This document shows positions 56,402 through 64,000 of a stretch of DNA of 64,000 bases, in pieces (position 1 is the first letter of the stretch; each line of letters begins with the position of its first letter). Source of the stretch: Savitreella phatthalungensis (Eukaryota); assembly GCA_051599415.1 (NCBI GenBank), contig AP039702.1, positions 186,001 to 250,000 on the forward strand, given 5' to 3'. Below the pieces are notes generated by a model, which saw nothing but the letters and a program-made list of their open reading frames with translations, was not told the origin of the DNA and searched no databases. The position numbers and the translations under genes are program-made.

Positions 56402-58331
56402 TTGGAGGTTCTGATTTCCATGGCAGAAAACCTGTCATTCACTGTATACTAGCAAGAAGACCTAAAGACCTAAAGAATGAAGACCGCTCGAGCAAATCAG
56501 CTTATTGATTCACGTGGAACATCAGGTGACTTGATGATACGAGACCTTGCACGTGCTTCCTAATCCAACGTCCACGTCACCATGTATCGATGGCCTCTGT
56601 CAACTGTCGAATGGCTTTACGTGTCTGTGCTACATTAATCATGTATGGTATGAGACGGGCGAATGATGCAGATCGTGCAAGGATATGATGTCAATCCTCG
56701 CATTCTCCAGCGTATCCTCTCCTGATCACCCCCGATCTACGTGCCAATGCATGTGGATCTGTTGAACAAATGAGGAGTCATTCCAAGAGGCGGGCAACGG
56801 ACGACGTATGGCAGGAGGAGGCTGACGTAGTCCATCCACAGGAATGAGAAATGAAGCCTTGTTGTAATTAGACCGTTGGAAGGAAATCTCATGACATCCA
56901 AGACTCTGCATATTCTTCAGATGGTCTCTCCCCATATGTGCAATACCCAACATACAACATTGACGAAGGCAAAGCGTCCGAGTTGCTCCATTTCAAGTGT
57001 TCCCGCAATCGGATTAGCAAAGGAAGGTGTGATTCCGCGTACACAGGATGATGACCCTATCTGCTGCATACACAATTGGCCGCAAGCGTTTCCATGCATG
57101 ATCGATGGAAGAGTAACATTAGAAACGGTCAATTCTACCGTAAACAGAGGCTGAGGCTTCGTCTATCTACAAAGGAAGAAAGAAACTGTTGTAGCTCTGG
57201 AGAAGGTGGAAATTCAATTGACTTGGGAAATTGGATGATGGTTAGTGGAATGGAAGCGTTCAAGCCATTAAAGTAACTAAACAAGGTGAAAGTCTGCATT
57301 CCTTACTCTCTTGCATGAACAAAATAATTCAATCCATGCCGCAACAGACTCTACTCGACCTGAGATAAGTAAAAAGGTCAGATTAAACAAGTACTAGATC
57401 TGAAATCACAGTCGAATCTTACTTTCGAGGGTAATTTAGTTGAAAGGTGAAATTTCAGAATTTCAAAACACGGAATCTCCGAAGTTTCTACCTTGGTCAG
57501 ATACAATATCTTCAGGGCTGCAGAAATGGAAATGACCCTCGTACAAACCAAGTTGATTGGACAATCCACGTGAGTATCCCCGAGACTCCCGAACAACCAC
57601 ACATACTCCATCCGCCCCTACCAAAACTACTGACCCTCGGACACAAGACGACAACAATGACAGCCATCAAAGAAGCCTTCCAGAAGCCATCCTCCCAGAG
57701 TAACAAGAGTCCCGAAATTCATCTCTCGCGATTGTTATGGGTGTTAAAATACAGAATCTTCCAAAGAGTCAGTGGACCCGGTTAGTGAGAGTGTGTGAGT
57801 GGTTGAGTATCCGGTAGGTAGCTCTAGCCAGCTCTAATGGAATGGATACCATCTATCCTGTCCACGGGATTGGGTTCGCGTGCAGACGTACGTGCTTGCT
57901 TGCCTGCCTGCCTGCCTGCCTGCCTGCTCGTGTCCAGAGTAACCACCATCTCCGAGCTCGGCAACATACCTGCCAACCATCCCCCTCCGACCTCACCTTC
58001 TCTTACACACACTCACCCTCTCACACTCTCTCACATCCACATCCACACTCCCACACACCTACTCTCCGTCCTCCGGGCTCTGACTCTCCGGCGCAGTCAC
58101 CGGTCAAGACAACTGTCCATCAGCTAGGCTATACAAAAACCCCTACGGACCCACTCCACACGCTCTCTACGCAGCTCCTTTCATCCTCGCTCTCTACCAA
58201 GTCGAGAAAACCGTTCGGTCCACTCTCTGCCGTCGGTTTCAACATTGATAGTCAGCAGCAGCAGCATCCTCAACTTACGCCCACGTACACACACTCTCTC
58301 TCTCTCTCCCTCCGATTAACACTCTCTGAAG

Positions 58332-59492
58332 ATGAAGTCTACGCTCCTCGCCTTGGCCTTGGCCATGTCTGCCGCTGCAGCACCCGCTCCGGCCTCTCAC
58401 GCTGACGGCCACCTCCGTCACTCCCACCACAAGCGCCAGTCGTACAACTTGGCCGGTGTCGACTGGTCAAAGATCGACTGGACTAAGGTCGACTGGAGCT
58501 CGCTCGACTGGAAGAACATCTTTGCCAACAAGGACGCTGGCGCTCTGTCATCCAAGCCCGGTGTCTTTGTCGGCGGTTCAGCCCCAGCAGCTTCTCCCGT
58601 CGCCGCAGCGGCTGCCCCTGCAGCTGCATCACCTTCCCCCGTCGCCTCCCCAGCAGCCGTGTCACCTGTGGCTGCTGCAGCAAAGCCCGTGGTCGCTGCA
58701 CCTGCGGTCTCATCCCCGGCTGCCGTTCCGTCGACGCCTGTGGTGCCACCGACGTCCGGTGTGTCTGGCGGGAAGCGTGGTGTGGCCTGGGAGCCTGCGA
58801 ATGGTGCTTCTGGTGCATCGCTGCTGGCTGGCGGTGCTACTTCGTGGTGGCACAACTGGGGTATGTCGCCGAACGTTGCTGCGTTCTCGTCCAAGGCGTA
58901 CGCGTACACGATCCGGACGCTCGGTGAGCTCGGGGCCGCCTCGTCCGTCCCACGGGGAGCCTACGTCCTCGGCTTCAACGAGGCCGACATCGAGGGCATC
59001 TCACCTGACCAGGCAGCGTCGATCTACAAGTCACAGCTCCTCCCGCTCCGCCAGTCCGGCCAGATCGGAACCCTCGCCACCCCGTCCATCACCAACGGCG
59101 GCTCTGGCCTGCCGTGGATGCAGGCGTTCATGGCTGCCTGCGGTGGTGGCCCCGCATGCGGGATCGACGTCGTCAACATCCACTGGTACGGTCCTGATTT
59201 CGGGATGCTGCAGTCGCAGGTCGGCGCCGTCCACGCTGCTTTCCCGAACTACCCGGTTGTGATCTCCGAGATCGCAGCCACGAACTGGAACGTCGCTACA
59301 AACCCGTCGGCAGCCGGTATCGCCGCATTCATGGCTCAAGCCACCGCATGGCTAGACTCACAGGGATGGGTCCAGAGGTACGCCTGGTTCAAGGGAGGTT
59401 ACATCGCTGACGACAACCTCGGTATCGCCAACTCCCTCCTCAACCAGGGACTCTCCCAACTGACATCCCTCGGATCGACCTACAACGCGTAG
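58332..59492 (+). CDS. Secreted GH128 beta-1,3-glucanase (Asl1-like)
   Basis: Signal peptide, KR site, Ala/Pro/Ser linker, KRGVAW, SWWHNW, VLGFNEAD, NIHWY, PVVISE, WVQRYAWF. Confidence 0.9.
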   Translation: MKSTLLALALAMSAAAAPAPASHADGHLRHSHHKRQSYNLAGVDWSKIDWTKVDWSSLDWKNIFANKDAGALSSKPGVFVGGSAPAASPVAAAAAPAAASPSPVASPAAVSPVAAAAKPVVAAPAVSSPAAVPSTPVVPPTSGVSGGKRGVAWEPANGASGASLLAGGATSWWHNWGMSPNVAAFSSKAYAYTIRTLGELGAASSVPRGAYVLGFNEADIEGISPDQAASIYKSQLLPLRQSGQIGTLATPSITNGGSGLPWMQAFMAACGGGPACGIDVVNIHWYGPDFGMLQSQVGAVHAAFPNYPVVISEIAATNWNVATNPSAAGIAAFMAQATAWLDSQGWVQRYAWFKGGYIADDNLGIANSLLNQGLSQLTSLGSTYNA

Positions 59493-59616
59493 AAGTCTTT
59501 CCCACCTCTCCAAACACCTCTACACCGTCTATACCACTCTCCTCTGTTAATCGTGACCTAGCTTTTGTTCTCTTCCAACCAAGTGCTCATTTCATCCATT
59601 CGTATCAAATTTCTCG

Positions 59617-61533
59617 CTACCTGATGATCGAGCCTTGATGAATTGCGGTACTGTCTTGGAAGTGGGTGTCGATATTGAGTTGGTGGTGTACGTCGTCTGG
59701 TGTGATTCTACCGCCTCCTAGACGGATTCCAGGATAGTGTAGTCGCCGATCCCAGTCCCACAGATTATCTGTTTTTACCATTCGTCAGTCTAATTTCCAC
59801 CCCCACAGAATCACACTTACACAGTTTCAATAGCTGCGTCGCAGTTCCCACCACCACATCACCACCCAATCCACGCACAGCGTGCAAGATCCTCCCTCCC
59901 GCAGGATCGCTCTTGATGGCAAGGACTGGGTGAAGGCCAGGGTAGGTGTAGACTGCTAGTTTAGTGGTGTTTGGATCGACTGTTGATTTCCTGTGGTGTG
60001 CGTTGGCGGTGGTGGTGGGGTTGAGGGTTGGCACGTAGCCTAGGGCGATACAGCACTCTCTGTACCTGGTGCTCCAGACGATGGCTGTGACTTGTGCGCC
60101 GACGTCTAGGACTGCGATAGGGAGGAGGGATGATGTGGGTGATGGTGAGGTCTCGGGGACTTGCCAGAACTTGACACACCGATCGGCCTGCCCGCCACCT
60201 GTCGCCAGCAGTCCTCGACGCCACGGACACCACCCGAGTGCCTTGACTGCAGCCTCGTGACCTTTCGTCCCGACGTACACGTGCGATAGCCCAGCCCTGT
60301 AGTCAAACACGTCCACGTCGTTCCCATTCGTCCCAGCCGCAAGCCACTGCCCTCGATCGTCCCACGCCAGCCCGCTTTGCAAAGTCAGTCGACGGGGGGT
60401 TTATCTCTCGGAATCTGACACACTCACCACACTTGGTCCGTGTGCGGACGCGCGTAGTTCACCAACCCCGCACTACACTTACCATCCTCCGACACCCGCA
60501 CGACAAAGTGCATCACCACCCCATCGCCCCTCCCCACACTCAGCAACTCACTACCGCCGTCCTCGTTGGGGTGTCCTGGCCTGAACACCATACACGCTGA
60601 ACGTCAGTCGTCGTATACGCTTGTGTTTGTGTTTTTGGTTTGTGGACGAACCTATTTCTGCGGCCGCGTCAGAGACGATGATGGTGGGAGGTTTGCGTTG
60701 GGGGAGTCCGTGGAGTGCGATGCGGCCGTTGCGCCTGGCTACGGCGACCAGGGATGCTGACGGGGTGATGGCGACGGCCTTGACGACGGCGTCGTTGTGG
60801 GAGTACATCTCCCCGTGCTGGTGTGTCAGCGCGACGTGACCCTGCCCAATCGACCACAGGTGTGCCTGCTCGCGTTAGCGTGTGGAGATTGAGATAGGGA
60901 TGGATGGAGAAGGGGTACCTCGTTGTCGAGGCCGACGGCAAGGGTACCGTCCCAGGAGAAACACAACGCACCGCTGTAGAAGTCATCACGCAGTCCAGCC
61001 TGGTCATCGCAGCGTCAGTCATCGACCAAACGAAGTGAGGGGTGGGAGATGCGTACAGCCGCGAGTACGCGCCAGGGTGGAACCTCAGGCAGGCGCAGAG
61101 CTGTAGGGGATGACGCAAGTTCTGTCGGAGGAGGTTGTTGGTTGGCAGATGCCGTGTAACGGTGGACGTCGCTCGTCGTTTGGATACCGAGCGCTTGTGC
61201 GATCGAGGCATCGAATGGTGATCGCGGTGGTGGCTGAGTCCGAGGTGGTGTGGTGGGTGCTCGACTGCGTGTGGGCGAGGGGACCGGAGTGGTAGTGGCA
61301 CTCCGATGTTGTCTGTCTGTCTCTCGAGGAGACGCCGTCGGAGATGATGACGATGGGGAGCGCAAATGGTACGACGGACGCGAGATGTTGGAGATGAAGC
61401 GATCAGGAGAGGTGTGGGGTGCACTAGAGCGCATACCACTATCGCGCGAGCCCAATGGACTTCCTGAAGAGCCACTAGAGCGACCTGAGGCAGGATTATG
61501 CGGCCGAGAAACTTGTGGAGGAGTCGATGTCAT
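59617..61533 (-). CDS. Cdc20/Fizzy-family WD40 APC/C activator (Ama1/Fzr-like), six exons
   Basis: C-box-like DRFIS; introns 61000-61056, 60866-60918, 60597-60651, 60375-60427 and 59769-59820 give a continuous frame: PWRVLAAAGLRDDFY..HTDQVCGLAW..HEAAVKALGWCPW..LATGGGQADRCVKFW..ending SIIR* (IR tail). Confidence 0.88.
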
Positions 61534-61913
61534 GGTGTTGGCTATTGTGAGGATCCACTTCTCAACATACTTTATCAATCAGCTCAATGGCACGGAGAAC
61601 AATATATCCGTCGAAATGATTGGCTCAACAGATTTCCTCGATCAAAGTCACAGCACACGGTCTGTTCAGCCGACTCGACTACTCGACCAGACTCAGTACT
61701 CGGGTATAGAATGGATGGTTCAGATGGAATTCTCTCAATGTATCAATGGTCTCGTGTGGTGCGGATCTGTGTATCCTCTCATATGCTCGCCTAGGCGCCG
61801 TCGTGTTGCTCTCATGGTCTCGTGTGTACGTGTGGTGTGGTGGAATGTGTATCGGTGTGTTGGGTTGTGTCGTGTGTTGTGATGTAGGCGAGTATCTCGC
61901 AGTAGGATCTTAC

Positions 61914-62696
61914 TTACAAAATGCCAGCAGCTGAAAGATCGAGCGTGGCGTTACTGCCCCGTCCGTGTTGACCAGGTCCATTGGTGTTATGGCCAGTGTA
62001 GAAGCTGGCCGGTGGCGACTGTGATAGACCTGCAAGCACTTCTGGCGACAAGCGTGGGTCGTCGTCGTCCAAAATGGCAGACTCACTTGCAGCTGCAGCT
62101 CCGCGGAGAACGGAATTCTGCCGAGCGGCACTCGAACTTGGTACAACGCCACCTTCGTCGTAGACTTCCGCCAGTTGGGTTTCTAACTCGGTGATGCGCT
62201 GGTGGAACGACTTGGCAATCTCATTCAGTCTGTCATTCTCCTCTTTCAGCTGGATGATGAGTGAATTGGCAATATCCAGCTCCTGTGAACGTAGCTCTAG
62301 ATCTTTGATGTACTTGTCCTTACGCTGGCGGAATGCTCGCTGTGCTTTTCGGTTTTGATCAGCTCGCTTGCCTGATGCCAGCTTCTTCTTGGCTGAACCG
62401 TTATTGTGGACGCCGCCGATGCCTGCCATGTTCATGTCCATCCGTACTCCTTGCTGTCCTTGGTGTATAAGTCCACCTCCGGCTGGTGCGATCGGGATCT
62501 GCTGTGGCTTGGCTGCTTTCGAGGTTTGTGACATACCCACGCCGTTAGACCTCGACGATACTGGCATGACTGTGTGATTGGTAGGAGATGTGTTGGATGA
62601 ATTGCTGTCATATGAGCCGACACTACCATTGCCAGAGGTAGCGTCAGAGTAGTATGGTTCGACCTTCATTGAGGCTCCTGACATTGATTTCATCAT
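61914..62696 (-). CDS. Yap/AP-1-type bZIP transcription factor
   Basis: KRADQNRKAQRAFRQRKDKYIKDLE plus leucine zipper; first ATG 62696; no Yap1-type Cys-rich domain seen. Confidence 0.87.
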   Translation of the reverse strand: MMKSMSGASMKVEPYYSDATSGNGSVGSYDSNSSNTSPTNHTVMPVSSRSNGVGMSQTSKAAKPQQIPIAPAGGGLIHQGQQGVRMDMNMAGIGGVHNNGSAKKKLASGKRADQNRKAQRAFRQRKDKYIKDLELRSQELDIANSLIIQLKEENDRLNEIAKSFHQRITELETQLAEVYDEGGVVPSSSAARQNSVLRGAAAASESAILDDDDPRLSPEVLAGLSQSPPASFYTGHNTNGPGQHGRGSNATLDLSAAGIL

Positions 62697-63782
62697 GATG
62701 AATGGATCCTTGATGGTGTAAATGGATTGGTCGACAATCTTGTAATTTGAGATGGATGTCCTGTGTAGGATTTGAGCACACGAGGGAGGTCGACTCTGCG
62801 TTACCTGCCACTTCTTGCTCTTGTGACTCAACCTATGAGAGTTGAAGCGTCTCGGACGACACGGGCACGAGACGTGTACGTCTCCTGAAAGGGCTGCAAG
62901 ACTGTAGATCCAATGATCTGCAGATTATGATAGACCTTGGAGAGATATTGTGCAGGTGCGTGCGAGCAGCCTTGGTAATAAAGTAGCGGTCCAAGGAACA
63001 GGACAGGGGACCGAACTGAGTCGAATTTTGTGTTCCTGTCTGCTTGAACTAGACCTGTATGAAGGAACGGGCTAGAACTTGTCGGCCAGTTTGCTTGCTC
63101 AGCTTCGTGGATGGGGACCCTTTCTAAATGATCGTAGAAGGAGAATTGTAGAGTTACGCGTGTTGTCGTCGCTAGAAGACCTTGTTGGACTCGGTGAATT
63201 GGCAGTATTGACGAGCGCTAGTAGTTCGCGAGGGTCAGCACAGTCTGCGAATCGCAGGTCGTCGTGGCTCTGAGCTTTTCACAGTCCGTGGATTGGAGCG
63301 GTTGAGATGGCAGGTTCGATCGTGTACACCTGGGAGCAGCAGTCAAAGCACTTCTGTGGGCTAAGAACAGTGCAGAGCGAGTTAGTTGAATTAGACTGTG
63401 ATTGGCTCTATGTGCTGGTGCGCGCTCGTGTTGTAGTAGGAAGCGTGCGCGTAAACGTGTGGGCGTGGATGTGCAGGAGTTGCGCGCGTGGGTGTGAGCG
63501 TGTGAAGTTGGACGTCAACGCGTGATCTGAACGTGTTGGTCTCTGTCAAGCTGGGAGTAATTCGAGCTACCGGCCACGCGACTCTGGCGTGAAATTAGCC
63601 TTGCGCGTGATCTGATCCAGTTGTCTTGATTTGGATTGCGTGTGCAGATGGAGGTCGCCGCTGATGAGAGTCGATCGTGCGACTGAGATCCTGCAGTGTT
63701 GTGTACGAGAGCGCGTGCGCAGGGAAAGGAAAATATGTCTGTTAAGAGAAGCGGTATAGAAGCACAGACTATGTCGTCCTCG

Positions 63783-63882
63783 GAGTGAGTGAGTGAGTGA
63801 GTGAGGGTAATACCAGCTGTGTATCAGGTATTGTTCGATGATGTAGTTTCTTAGATGTCACTCACTCACTCACTCACTCACT
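63783..63882. repeat. Inverted pair of (GAGT)n / (CACT)n microsatellites
   Basis: Arms 63783-63805 and 63858-63882 are reverse complements separated by about 52 nt. Confidence 0.85.
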
Positions 63883-64000
63883 TTCTTACTCGAGTCATTC
63901 ATTCAATTTTCTACGAGCTTTCTATTTACTACAGAGCATAAATGTGATAGCGGTAATTGTTGATCGTTGGAAATTTTGAATTCTACCCGATCCAGTTGGA

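Noticed and set aside
56700..57790. AT-richer stretch with short ORFs, possible transposon relic
   Set aside because: No transposase or RT motifs and no terminal repeats; more likely GH128 upstream DNA.
63800..63830. GGTAATACCAGC resembling part of a TPP riboswitch
   Set aside because: No upstream CTGAGA/ACCTGAT elements in register and no thiamine-related gene.

Overview
Eukaryotic, fungal, gene-dense and intron-poor genomic DNA with short (52-67 nt) GT-AG introns and CTRAC-type branch points. It looks ascomycete, and Taphrinomycotina is a plausible but unproven guess from gene content (Mei2, Mug105-like) and intron style. About 23 protein genes are supported: METTL16 (truncated by the left edge and absent from the ORF track), Hsp110, a Zn2Cys6 factor, SRPK, Brr6/Brl1, Vps37, NADP-IDH, Upf2, Mdm20, Ham1, Kin17, ZUFSP/Mug105, Mei2, a Rad5/16-like SNF2 ATPase, Sro7/tomosyn, Tos4, a bHLH, Hac1, DUF1769, MedA, an FGGY kinase, a small membrane protein, GH128, a 6-exon Cdc20/Ama1-like APC/C activator and a Yap-like bZIP. 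The best signals outside the ORF track are: (1) a 20-nt Ire1-type unconventional intron with twin stem-loops in HAC1, giving a dual-coding 3' region; (2) a minus-strand box C/D snoRNA locus (snR53 homologue plus a second candidate with two LSU-rRNA antisense elements); (3) an IDH gene with a mitochondrial presequence, a second AUG and a PTS1; (4) an intron-rich meiotic-type APC/C activator with weak donors; (5) HSE and MCB promoter elements matching the genes they precede. No tRNA, rRNA, CRISPR or transposon was recognised. All family calls are from motif recognition, not database searches.
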